In this document: positions 24,291-35,458 of the stretch, piece after piece
Layout: each line of letters opens with the position of its first letter
Numbering within the stretch: position 1 is the first letter of the stretch
Assembly: GCA_002189035.1 (NCBI GenBank)
Contig: NEEC01000002.1
Span: forward strand, 496,001 to 560,000
DNA: 64,000 nt
From: Utricularia gibba
Taxonomy: Eukaryota; Plantae; Magnoliophyta
Direction: 5' to 3'
Program-made: the position numbers and the translations under genes
Notes under the pieces: model-generated
Told to the model about the DNA's origin: nothing
Database searches by the model: none
What the model saw: only the letters and a program-made list of their open reading frames with translations

Positions 24291-26843
24291 CTACGAAGCA
24301 CTCCTCTCTTCGGATCCACCCTGTTTCAGTTTCAGAGAAGATGGAAAGGTATGATCTCTTGACATAAAGAGATTTCCATCTGAATCTGTTTCCACCAAAG
24401 CCCCAATCTTTGATCCATCACAATCTTACATTTACTTGTTTCTCCGGGGCATCCCATCTCAATATCGTAATATGTCAAGTGATCCAAGATGCTGTTCCCG
24501 CTAACAGATCTGCTATTCAGAAGCATCCGCATTTATAATTTAGCAAGCGATATTGAAACATGCCACAAACTTGGAAGAAATCATGTAAGATTTTGAAGGC
24601 CTCAAATGATCAGACAGCAGGGTCATTGAAATCAATTGGAGAACAGTAACTTGCCTGCTACAAGTTGGATCTTCGCCAGACGCATCACAGACTCTCTCCT
24701 CTGTGTAACCTAAGGTTCCAATCCCGACATTGTGGACCCACACCTACACACAAGAAGATAAAAACAATCTCAGTGGACAATAAATATGAGAAAGGAGGTT
24801 TAACAAAAAAATTCCATGGGAATCGTTTAGAAAATACAAGCATCACAAGTATAAATCTGTAAAGGAAGCATTTTAAATGCATCACCTCAGTTGGGAAGTG
24901 ATGGTAGGTCTTCTTAGAAAAATAATGGTAATAAGGAGGTAAATGAGGCACAATGTCATGTCCATGTGTGACTCGAATGGTCTTTGGAATCAATTTGGAG
25001 TAGTAGGACGCAAAAGCAGCATTTCCAATCCTTGGTTGCCCAAAAGTGGTCACCTGAACATTCAGCTCCCCAAGGCTAAGCTGAGATAAGATGCACATTT
25101 CAGTGCAAATCAGAAACTTTGGAGTTCAAAGAATGGGATTCAAAATAGGAATAATCAACGATTGCACGAAAGACTAAAGCACAAAAAAAACAGGTGCCCC
25201 TATTGTGATCATCGAAAGCTATTACGTTTTTTTTTTTTTTTTTCGCAGGAACTGAAGAAGAAAAGAAAAGAACAACCAATGATTGCATGAAAAAGTGCAT
25301 CACGGAAAAAGTGTTTCTTTTTTCAGGAACTAAATAAGCAACACATGGAAGAAAAAAGGGGTTGAAAGATTGAAAAAATAAGAAATTACAAGAAGATCAA
25401 GTCCACAGAATGCTGCCATAGCGCCACCCATTGAGTGCCCAGTGACCATAACGTTTGTGCTTCCATATAACTCCTTTGTCTTTACAACTGCTTTTAAAAC
25501 TCCATCGCGCACAGATGTGTTGTAATAAGAAGAATAGAAACCATGATGCACCTGGAAACAGCAACAAAATATGACAAAACGTAGCAGCATAATGGATAGT
25601 AAACATCAACATTTGAATTAATATAGGATACCATTGAATCATCAACTCCAGGAAAATTCACATCGAGCTGTTTCCAGTATAAATCTTCCACCCAGTTCTG
25701 TATGCTATTAAGAAAAAACAATCCATAATTTTGTAAGTGGAACATTATGAAACGAGAACTCCATAACAACCAGCACCTTGAAAAGTTTCCCACATACATT
25801 GTAAAATACTACAAAAAGACCATTCCATGCATAAGAGCTTTTTGTAAAAGTAGCAAACCTGCTTTCTTGGGTCCCTCTGAATGCAATTACAGTAGCATTA
25901 AGATCTCCTGCAAAACCTATGAATGCCTGAAGAAAACATAAATCATCAGCATGTAAAAGGGGGATTAAAGACAGTAAAACTTCAGAAGTAGTATGACCAT
26001 TTGACCTGCAGACAGCGTTTGACGTCTACAACCAATCCAACCATTTCAAAACCCTGGCCAAATTTCGGAGTGAAATCAATGAAAATGGGCACGAACACCA
26101 AGATACAAGGGCCTTCTAATTTATCAATTTCATTTTCAATCACTTACCTCAGTTGGTCCATCACATCTTGGACAAGTCCATGTAAAAAGCTGTGTAAGGT
26201 CTGACAGATATACCTGCAGGTGCAAGGGTAGTTCCAATCAAACAGGTGTTAACGACTAGCTAAACGACTAAGCGGTGAGACAAGTGAATCAGAAAATCTA
26301 AGACCCAAAAAATTTCATGATCGTAAGGTTAAGAGTGGGTTCTCTATTATCAGCTTAAAGATTTCATATATGAGATAGCTAAAGCATCCCCAAATACCAC
26401 AGTACACATTTCCAAAACTTCTGGAAGGCGAATCATGAAAAACATATCCTCCAAATAGCGCGTTAATACGGTCCAGGACAGACTTACAGCGGACGCATAG
26501 CTAGCCAGGGTTTTTGCGAGGGTGTGATTGTAAAACCCCAGCTGTTGATCATCCTGCTGTTTGTGTTTCAATACCACCTTCAAATCTGTAACCAAGGTGA
26601 CATACTCCGAAATTCAGAAATAACGCCCTTCCTCAGTAAGACTGTACCATAATAATAACCGCTATCGATCATAATAAAGAACAACGGTTCATATCAAATA
26701 CACAACAAACAAACGCTAAACTCGCAATTGAAATCTAACAGAGCGAATTCGAGGAGGCACTTGGATACTAAATTACCTCTAGCAGACGAAAGCCCAAGCA
26801 AAAATACATATGTGGTGACGATCAAAAAGATCCATCTTCCCAT
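24291..26843 (-). CDS. Class 3 lipase / alpha-beta hydrolase (At5g18630-type), multi-exon; apparent 1-nt deletion at 24401-24404
   Basis: Signal peptide MGRWIFLIVTTYVFLL, YNHTLAKTLASYASA, VHHGFYSSY, VTGHSMGG nucleophile motif, TFGQPRIGN, HGHDIVPHLPP, DHLTYY. The homologous tail ETDSDGNLFMSRD lies in a shifted frame ending at TAG 24291. Confidence 0.9.
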
Positions 26844-27429
26844 ACCTAGCTGAAACAATGATAACACCACATAATTTCGCGCCACAAACTGAATATAACG
26901 AACAGAATAACATATCAACTGGATCAAAAATTACCAAGAAACAACGAAAGAGCAAGCGTCTACTCACCAGACCTACACACGAAACCCCAATCACAAACTG
27001 CTTGATACGGTTCCCCGAAGGTACAAGATAACTCCAGAAGGAGCCGTATGAAGCTCGACAAAACAAATAATGAAAAGGAAATTTCTCACGCTCCCAGAAA
27101 AAAAGGAAACAACTCCAGACAATAAACACGTTGGGCCGAGGCCCATCAAGTGAAGGCATTTGGGCCTCTGTGGAATGGAGCTTTTGTTTCATTTTCTTAA
27201 AAATTAAATTAATTGTTGCAACATTAGTATTTTGAGGAAAAGGATATTATTTTTATATTTTGAGTGTTATTAAGAAAAATAAATAACTATATATACATAC
27301 ATAAACAATTGAAAGTTTTTTTTTTTTTGTTTTTTTTTTGTTTTTGAGGATGAACTATACCTATCCATCACATCTCTTTCCTTTCCGCAGAGTGCCTCTG
27401 TTCAGCGTATGGATGCAGTGGCTCCTCCT

Positions 27430-29667
27430 TCACCAGAAGTCCATGCAGGAACACACCCCATCTTTAAAATGGTGAAAACGGCTGCGATCCCTGGCAATGA
27501 TTTCCCTGTTGAATATCTTGGAGATCAGCTTGGTTGCCTCATGGCAGTTCCCACAAACTCTGAGGTTCTTAACAATCCTTAAAGTTGTTCCTGGCTTCGT
27601 GCTGATCAGGCCGAAGGCGATCGCAAGCTTCTCACTGTGCTCGCACAAGATGCCTTCTTTCAACTCCTGATTCAGATCATAATACACTTCTGATGTATCC
27701 GGCTCGTGCCCTGCCAGTTTCAGAAGCTTGTCAACTTCAAGTAGCATCTTGTAGATTTGGGTGCTTTTCGGGTGCGTTCGATCACTAACAAGGAACTCAT
27801 GTACCATGCCATCTACTTCAATGGAGGTGGAACCAGGAACCTTCTCCATTCCGTTATCATTGAGGGAAGTTCTTATTCTTGCTACCTTATCCCATTTGCC
27901 TGCCCCTGCGTATATGTTTGATAGAAGAATGTGGGCTCCGGTGTTGTCCGGTTCGAGTTGAAAAAGCTTGTCAGCTGCATATTCTGCCAATTCTAGATTT
28001 CTGTGGATTCGACAAGCGCTTAAAATGGAACCCCATATTGCTCCATCTGGTTCCATCTCCATTCTTCCCACCATAGCTACTGCTTCCTCAAACATTCCTG
28101 CTCTTGCTAACAGGCATATTATGCATCCATAATGCGGCAATTTAGGAGCAATTTTGTACTTGCGGATCATATCATCAAAGATCTTCTGTGCAACATCCAC
28201 CATACCTGTGCTACAACAAGCTGATAGAACACCGACGAATGTGATCTCATCTGGCTGCAATCCTTCCTCGGCCATTTGGTGGAAAAGTTCAATAGCTGCT
28301 TTTCCATCCCCATGTATGGCGAAACCGGACATCATAGCATTCCATGATGCCAAGCTTTTGGATCGCAGACTATTAAATACTTGTTTGCTAGCTTCAATAT
28401 CTCCACATTTGGCATACATATCAATAAGGCATGTCCAAAGAGCATCGTTGGGAAAACACTCGAAATGTTTGTTGACATAAGCATGCATCCACTTACCAAG
28501 ACCAAGAGCGCCAAGATGAGCACAGGCTGGGATAATGCTCAATAGAGTCACATCATTCGGCACCATGTTGTTAAGCTGCGCCTGGTGAAAAATTTCTAAG
28601 GAATCTTTATACATTCTTGAATGTGTATAGCCACCAATCATAACATTCCAGGTGACAAGATTTTTATCCTGTATTCCATCAAACAAAGCTCTTGCTGCTT
28701 TTAAGTCCCCACACTTGGCATACATATCAACCAACGCATTGGCAAACCGAAGATTCGAGCTTTGGTTATGTTCTTCAATCCAAGACCGAACCCAGCTTCC
28801 AGTTTCGACGGCACCAACGTGCGCACAAGCAGATAGAACGCTCAAAAGTGTACTCTCATTTGGAGGGATTCCAGTTCTCTTCATCTCCATAAAAAAGTTC
28901 AACGCTTCATCATATCTGCCGATTTGCGCGCACCCGGAGATCATTGCGTTCCATGAGACGACATCTTTAACAGGAATGGCGTCAAACAACTCGCGTGCCT
29001 TGACAACAGAGCCCCTATTTAAGTACCCAGTTACTAAAGCTGTAACGGAAACTGCATCTCTGAGAGTACTGTTATCAAACACTATTCTTGCGTCATCCAT
29101 TTCACCATGCTGAGCATACATGTTGATCAATGACGTGCATACATAAGCATCATCTTCCAGGCCAAACTTAATAACATGCCCATGTACCTGTTTTCCTGCG
29201 CGTGAAGAAGCCGGGAGCTTGGTGCAAGACTTGAGAAGAAAAGAAAACGTGTAAGAATTTGGGAAATAACCGGACATCAAGGCCTCAACGTAGTAGTCCA
29301 GGGCCGCTGCAGGAAAAGAACTAAGAGAGTGCCCACGGATAATAGAATTGTACATCACCAGACATGGATCATCAACATAATCGAAAATCGACATTCCGTA
29401 ATCGAGGTTTCCAAAAGGGTTGACTGCACAAAACCCCATCAATTTCCCCAGAGCAAAATGGGTGTTATGGAGGCCACATTTGACTACCTGCGAATGTATT
29501 TGCTTAAAAGTTTCGAAACTTCTGCAATTCGAAAGAAGCGAAAGAGACGAATGGGTTCGCAGGAGCCGGTGCGGCGGATCGGAGCCAGGCAGAAAATGCA
29601 GAAGATCCGCCGAGGCTCCAAGCTCCGCCATACCCAGCAGGCCAGCACCACCAACGTTGTTCATCAC
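27430..29667 (-). CDS. OTP82: PLS-class PPR protein with E/E+/DYW domain, OTP82 (At1g08070)-like, intronless
   Basis: N-terminus FLPGSDPP..HSSLSLLSNC..IHSQVVKCGLHNTHFALGKL matches OTP82 as I recall it. PLS repeats, PG-box KVPGSTSIEV, HSEKLA and CGNCH deaminase motifs, C-terminal DFW. Confidence 0.85.
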   Translation of the reverse strand: MMNNVGGAGLLGMAELGASADLLHFLPGSDPPHRLLRTHSSLSLLSNCRSFETFKQIHSQVVKCGLHNTHFALGKLMGFCAVNPFGNLDYGMSIFDYVDDPCLVMYNSIIRGHSLSSFPAAALDYYVEALMSGYFPNSYTFSFLLKSCTKLPASSRAGKQVHGHVIKFGLEDDAYVCTSLINMYAQHGEMDDARIVFDNSTLRDAVSVTALVTGYLNRGSVVKARELFDAIPVKDVVSWNAMISGCAQIGRYDEALNFFMEMKRTGIPPNESTLLSVLSACAHVGAVETGSWVRSWIEEHNQSSNLRFANALVDMYAKCGDLKAARALFDGIQDKNLVTWNVMIGGYTHSRMYKDSLEIFHQAQLNNMVPNDVTLLSIIPACAHLGALGLGKWMHAYVNKHFECFPNDALWTCLIDMYAKCGDIEASKQVFNSLRSKSLASWNAMMSGFAIHGDGKAAIELFHQMAEEGLQPDEITFVGVLSACCSTGMVDVAQKIFDDMIRKYKIAPKLPHYGCIICLLARAGMFEEAVAMVGRMEMEPDGAIWGSILSACRIHRNLELAEYAADKLFQLEPDNTGAHILLSNIYAGAGKWDKVARIRTSLNDNGMEKVPGSTSIEVDGMVHEFLVSDRTHPKSTQIYKMLLEVDKLLKLAGHEPDTSEVYYDLNQELKEGILCEHSEKLAIAFGLISTKPGTTLRIVKNLRVCGNCHEATKLISKIFNREIIARDRSRFHHFKDGVCSCMDFW

Positions 29668-29708
29668 GTGTATAATTAGAAGATAACAAAGCGATAATGT
29701 TTGGAAAA

Positions 29709-29741
29709 TGGGCCGGTAATGGGCCTAGTCCACGGGGCCCA
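29709..29741. promoter_or_regulatory. Site II (TGGGCC/GGCCCA) cluster in the 263-bp divergent promoter between the PPR gene and HIG1
   Basis: TGGGCC at 29709 and 29720, GGCCCA at 29736. Confidence 0.6.
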
Positions 29742-29930
29742 CAATAATGTAGATTTAATGAGAGGTTTTAGTTATCGATTTGGGCTCTGCTTTCGAAGTC
29801 GACGGTTGGAAGGCAAGACCAGGGGCGCGACGGAAAACAAGGGGAAAGAAAACATGGGTTTGTCTTCTTGAAAACCGCTACATATACCAGGTTCGCGATC
29901 GGAACCCCGATCATCGTAGGAAGAGGCATA

Positions 29931-30474
29931 ATGAACACCGAGAAGAGCAAGATGGAAGCGTTCAGGGAATGGGTTGTGGAGCATAAGCTTCGCACTGTTG
30001 GTAATTTCTTCGTCTCCGCCTTGGTTGTATCGATTTACCTCCTGTGTTTTCAACATTTGAGAACGATTCTCGTTGACCAGGGGCTTTATGGGCGACCGGG
30101 GTTGCGGGTTCCTTGGCCTATAACTGGTCTCAAGTTGGTATGAAAACCAGCGTCAAGATCATTCACGCCAGGTTTGATACACATTGAAATCAATCTTCTT
30201 TTCTCAATTTCTCGAGAATGCTGCTTTTCTCCTGTTCTTCTCTCTGGGCGTGTGTGGATCTGCTTTCTAGTAATTTTGATGTCAAAAAGGAAGGATCTTT
30301 CTCTGAATATAACTAATGAATTTGGCAATCCTCGTCAGGTTGCACGCGCAGGCACTGACCCTCGCTGCGCTCACCGGTGCAGCTCTCGTGGAGTACTATG
30401 ACCATAAAACAGGTGCGAAGGCTGAGCGTGTGGCGAAGTTCTTGCAGCTGGGCAGTCACCCACAGAGCGATTAA
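29931..30474 (+). CDS. Hypoxia-induced HIG1-domain mitochondrial protein (At5g27760/At3g05550-type), 3 exons
   Basis: MNTEKSKMEAFREWVVEHKLRTVG|ALWATGVAGSLAYNW..KTSVKIIHAR|LHAQALTLAALTGAALVEYYDH..*; TAA at 30472-30474. Confidence 0.93.
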
Positions 30475-31261
30475 GAGACTATGTTATTCTCAGTAGTCAT
30501 AATTAACAGTAGCCGGTGCACTCTTCTAGAAAAGAGTTTTCTTTATGTACATCAGCCTCTAGACTTGTTCTCCGCTCGGAGAACTATCAGAGAGCCTGAT
30601 ACAAGTATCATGTATGATGCGAATGAATGAAAATTCAATATTTGTGTTCAAAGTGTTCTAACCTTCTGTAGATTCCCAGCAGATGCTGGCAAGTCCCCTC
30701 CTCTGTTCAAATCTGACCCGGATCCATGAGGGTTCATTAATCACAATAACTGATGAATTATGATGACTGATGACACTCTCCAGGGTAGGACCATGCCGCC
30801 ATAGAACTTGAATTATCAGGACTGGGGGAACCCCCCTCTCGCCCAATTTCCCGTTTGTCGTTAAACTCGAATGGGAAATTGAAAACTCGGTGCCTGGTGG
30901 TCTGGGCCTACGCCATCTGTCCTCGATATCAGGATCGTCTGGGTTGCGTCATGGAGGGTTTCAGGCCTGCCCTCAAGGTCAGTTGTGCTAATAAGTCCTC
31001 ATCCTGTGTCATCTTGTGCAGGTCCATGAATCCAACGGAAGTTTCTGCGAACATCGATATTCGATGGGTCGGAATCAGATGGTTCTGCCAGACACCTTCC
31101 GTGGACCCTGAGCTTGACTTCGCAGGAGACGGGAAGCATTGACGCTGAGTCGGGATCCACTCCTAGAAGCATCCATTCATTTTCTATGAAAACCCAACCC
31201 GCGTACATATAAATCAAATGAGCTCCCTCAGTTATCCATCTCCGATAGAAAGCTTGTTGCT

Positions 31262-32109
31262 ATGGAGACACCGAATACAATGGCTCAACCGCCTGCCCCC
31301 GCCAGACCATCAAATGTCTACGCTATCAGCGGCAAAATTGTGCTTGCCGCCATTCTCATTCCCCTGATCCTCGTTACCATCCGGTCTGCCTATCATATCT
31401 TCATCAGTTGGTACTTGTTCCTTAGACGCAGACGCCGCCGCGCCCGCCGCAACTACAGCATCGAGAACGGCAACTACACCGCATCTGTGACACAGGGGCT
31501 GGACCCAGAGATTCTGAAATCGCTCCCTTGCTATGAATTCTCAAAAACAGAACCGAAGTCCTCCGTTTTAGAGTGCGCCGTGTGCTTATCCGAGTTCGAG
31601 GAAAAAGAGACTGTGCGTTTGTTGCCCAAATGCACCCATTCCTTCCACATTGAGTGTATCGATATGTGGCTCAACTCCCACAGCACTTGCCCTCTCTGTC
31701 GCCGCCCTGTGGAGCCGCAATCAGAACCCGCGAACGTCGCGCTGGAGATCCCGGTCTCCGTCCCCAATCATGAATCAAATTCGCATGAAGGGGACTGGAG
31801 TACCTGCAGCGCCAGCGGAGCCGCAGCGGACACGAGCTCCTCCGCAGGGAAGGGTGGAGGCGAATGCATTGGAGCTGTAACATTGACGATACAAGTATGT
31901 TCGAGGGGCACGATCAGGATCTGGATATGGATTTGGAGAGTAGCCTTTCGCAATCGCAGAATTCTCTAGGGCCTCGGTTCCTGTCTTTCAAAAGATTGCT
32001 CAGCATCAACCTAAAACCGCCGGGCGACAGCTGCGAAGTGCGGTCGCATGTTGCAGGAACCAGCGACACTGCCGCCGTCGATTTAGAAGTCGAGATCCGA
32101 GTACAATAA
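31262..32109 (+). CDS. ATL-family RING-H2 E3 ligase (ATL2-like); apparent 1-nt deletion at 31905-31908
   Basis: Transmembrane segment, GLD motif and RING-H2 CAVCLSEF..LLPKCTHSFHIECIDMWLNSHSTCPLCR. The ATL-like tail RFLSFKRLLS lies in the -1 frame ending at 32109. Confidence 0.88.
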
Positions 32110-32289
32110 TCGGATTGTATATCACTACTACTTAAATAGCACATTTGTGTTTTGAAAAATATTTTAAATGTATTTTTACTTCTAAAAAGTATATAAACTT
32201 TATCTCTATCCCTCCTCCTTAATTTACATAAATTCCACTAAATTACTTATATCTTTTTATGGTAAGAATACATTCACTTGATAACTTAA

Positions 32290-32503
32290 GATATATTTGA
32301 TATCGTTTCAAAAAATAATTTCAAAAAAGTGATTCTATAAACGTTTCAGTTGTTTTTGGAACAGGGGTATTCCAGCATCTAAAAAAATCGAAACACTTCA
32401 TTATTTCAATTCCATGTGAAATAAAAGCAATACATGTTTTGTTTGATAATCGTTTTTAAAAATGATTATATTGAAGCACAATCACAAGTTGCACCAAACA
32501 AAC
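32290..32503. mobile_element. Putative MITE (Tourist/PIF-Harbinger-like), copy A, decayed
   Basis: The right end AAGTTGCACCAAACAAAC resembles the reverse complement of the G>A-decayed left end. Flanked by TAA/TAG. Shares ~100 bp (ttggaa..aaaaaa.tgaaacacttcatt.tttca.tt..atgt) with copy B. Confidence 0.5.
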
Positions 32504-33109
32504 TAGATTGTTTACTAAAGTGTATCTTATCATCTATTATATATTTGAATTTGGTTTTAATATCAAATATTATGATTCATATTTTTTTTACGATATTATT
32601 AGTTTAAAATATTTAATATTTATAATTTTATGTTATTTTCACTTGAAGAAAATAATATCATGTATAAAATTAAATAAGATCAATTTATATAAATTTTACA
32701 TTTGTTTTATTTATAATTGATATGAGATTTGTTTAAAGATCTATATTTTCTTAAGATTGGACTCTTCCATATATATAACTTAATTTTACTTAAAAAGTAA
32801 AATTAAAATTCAAAAATATTAATATATATATATTCTAAAGTATGTGTTAAAGTCACCTGCTTTAAGGGATTTGTGTGCGAATCTATTGAAATTATATTAT
32901 TTAATGAACGATAAATTCGAGAATAGAAAATAAAGTATATTAATTATTTCACCTGGAGGCTGATTGGATAGATTTGGGGATGAATATTGAATATGATCGG
33001 AAAGATTTGGATTTGTTGATTATAAATAAAATACTTAACAAAATACAAATAATTGGTTCTTGTTTCGTCTCGAATGTATCGCCTCTAGAGATTTGGGGAA
33101 TTGGCGACG

Positions 33110-33561
33110 ATGGAGTTTCACAAATTCCCCGAAATCTCTCTGCTTCTGGGCTTCTTCATGCTCGTCGCGTATACCTTGTGGCGATGCTTGACCGACTCCC
33201 CGACTTGCCGCTGCCGATTCGCCGCCGTATGATTGTCACCCCCGGCGGAGCCCGGAGTGGGGATCTATTCTTGTACGCCGCCCACCAAGCCCCCACTGCC
33301 TCCATTGACGTGGGCCTCGATCGGAAGGTTCTGGATTCTCTACCAACGCTAGTCTACTGCTTAGCCGGCACGCCGACGCAGCAGGGGTGCGCGGTCTGCT
33401 TATCGGAGTTTCAAGAGAACGAGATTTTGCGCCTCCTCCCCAAATGCTGCCACTCCTATCACGTTGACTGTATAGATATGTGGTTTTATTCCCACTCCTC
33501 TTGCCCCCTGTGCCGCACCCCCGTCCAAATCATGGACCCTCCGCCACCGTTGCCGGTGTGA
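33110..33561 (+). CDS. Short ATL-family RING-H2 protein; apparent 1-nt deletion at 33198-33201
   Basis: ATG 33110 gives MEFHKFPEISLLLGFFMLVAYTLWRCLTDSP (transmembrane). It joins GLDRKVLDSLP..CAVCLSEF..HSYHVDCIDMWFYSHSSCPLCR if C4 is read as C5. Confidence 0.82.
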
Positions 33562-33775
33562 AATTTTTTCCCAGGCATCGGTAACGGGAGGCTCCGCAAA
33601 TCCAGGGGCTGTTCGATTGGATCGAGATGCCGTCGGTGACTAGATGGATAAAAAAAAAAGTAAAAAGGATCTAGGTGTAAATACTCAAAATGATATTAAT
33701 AGTTCTTCAGGGTGCTCTTTGTAAATACCCAAAACGATTGAATTGTTATTCATTTGTTAATAGTAAATGTCTATT

Positions 33776-34066
33776 TAGTGCAGCTTCAAAAAACAAAAAA
33801 AATTGATTCTAGAAGTATTTCAATTTTTATTGGAATAGAGGGACATCAATTTCTTAAAAAAAATTGAAACACTTCATTGTTTCAGTTCTATGTAAACAAA
33901 TTTATTACGTATTTTTAGAGGTTATTCTCAAACTAAACAAGCATTGTTTCTGAATTGAAACAGTGAATTGATTCAATTTTTTTGAAAAGTTGAGAAATCC
34001 ATACTCTAAAAAAAACTAAAGTACTTCTAAAATCACTTTTTAGAGTTGTTTTTTGAAGTTCCACTA
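33776..34066. mobile_element. Putative MITE, copy B, with long terminal inverted repeats
   Basis: Left TAGTGCAGCTTCAAAAAACAA (33776-96) vs right TTGTTTTTTGAAGTTCCACTA (34046-66): 19/21 inverted match, extending inward (aaaaa.tgatt.tagaagta.tt). AT-rich, non-coding interior. Confidence 0.65.
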
Positions 34067-34395
34067 TACCCTAAATACACGCACGGCATCTGCTTTTATT
34101 CAATTAAATTCGGTTCGCAGGTTGTGTGTGTTGAATTATATTCTAATTTCGAAATTTATAATGTAATTTTTAATTAAATAATATAAATGCAAAATATAAA
34201 AGGGCCTTCTTTTTGTAGGGAGCCCAAAAGGGCGATTCTGAAGGCTCCATAAATACGGGTCGCGGAGCACAACTAGGGTTTCTCGATAACGCAGGCGCGG
34301 TCCGTTTCTCCGGCGTGAGCCTCGTCTCGTCTGTCGCTTTGCTCTCGTTGTTGATTCATCATCATTCGCGGACGGATCTTGGCCGGGAGTAAACA

Positions 34396-34664
34396 ATGGC
34401 AAAGTCGAAGAATCATACCGCGCACAATCAGTCGTACAAGGCCCACAAGAACGGAATCAAGAAACCGAAGCGCCATCGCCATACCTCAACGAAAGGGGTA
34501 TGTTTCTCATTTCTATCCGGTTTCTGTACCTAAGGATCACTTTTTGATGACGGGTTTTGAACGGGGGTGCTTGTGAGCAGATGGATCCTAAGTTTCTGAG
34601 AAACCAAAGGTACGCGAGGAAGCACAACAAGAAGAACGGTGAGGCAGCAAGCGAGGAGGAGTAG
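34396..34664 (+). CDS. RPL29: 60S ribosomal protein L29, 2 exons
   Basis: [34 protein letters not shown]|[28 protein letters not shown] telo-box (TAGGGTTT) lies upstream. Confidence 0.97.
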
Positions 34665-34909
34665 AAAGGTGTAATCTTTTGATGATTTCAGTATATGCAT
34701 TTGGTGTTTTATGGATCGAAATTTAGATTGTCCGCTTACCAAGACCTGAGTTTTCTCCATGGCTGCGTGCGTGTTCCTCCTCTTTTGCATTTGAATTAGT
34801 TCATGTATCATGGATCTGGACTAATTGAGAACTACCCTGTTCTGTTTATTGGATATCCTGATTGTTGAAGTTTTGGGTAACTCAATAACTCATGTTCCAC
34901 AACTTTATT

Positions 34910-35458
34910 TCATACTCCATTGTTCTCAGAAAGATCAGGCTCCTCCAGTCTTTGATTAGCGATTTGTTTCATAACTTCACTGTAGTGACTGAAGCCTTCA
35001 TTTCCCCATCGTTGGCATGCGTCTTGCAGCTCTGCAGGTACTCTTCACCTGTCTTCTAAGCAATAACCTACCTGATAAACTGCCCCAATTGCCCAACATG
35101 CTGTGATTGCCTCAGTGTTACACACTTCTCGGTCCACTAAGCTCTCCAAGAATCCACAGAGGAAACTGAACCTGGTTTTCGGAATTCAATAGTGAATTTG
35201 TTACAGAACACTTGAAAGAAAAGCTGCAAAGTGTCTAACGAATATGCAATCCTGCCTCTGCATGTTGACAGTCACAGTCTTGTGTTCAACAGCATTTGCA
35301 AAATTGAATGAAGCCTTTCCCATTTGGGAATGATATTCCTTTTGCCAGCCATCGCTTGAATGATCTACAGCGCCGCTGCGGATACCGACGATGAAGCGGT
35401 GCCGGGAGGTTATGTAGACGGTGCTTCTGGAGCCACGTGTCAACCACCGCCGATGCAT
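34910..35458 (-). pseudogene. TENA_E: TENA_E (TenA/Thi-4, thiamin salvage) pseudogene
   Basis: Fragments AVVDTWLQKHR / TSRHRFIVGIRSGAVD / FKRWL / QDCIFVRHFAAFLSSVL* / GFLESLVDREV..AITACWAIGAVYQ..CLEDR*RVPAELQDACQRWGNEGFSHY match the TENA_E family. Several indels, stops at 35201-03 and 35045-47, and an internal deletion. Divergent from UBC32; At3g16990 and At3g17000 are neighbours in Arabidopsis. Confidence 0.85.

Noticed and set aside
30650-31250. Possible decayed gene between HIG1 and ATL-1
   Set aside because: Translations on both strands show no RING or other recognisable motif.
31895-31969. 75-nt intron (CAA|GTATGT...CTAG) in ATL-1
   Set aside because: Splicing it does not restore the conserved RFLSFKRLLS frame, whereas a single G addition does.
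29931-32109. HIG1-RING fusion like Arabidopsis ATL48
   Set aside because: This HIG1 has its own stop (30472-74) and is the At5g27760 type, not the RCF1/HIGD2 type I recall in ATL48. No splice path to the RING is evident.
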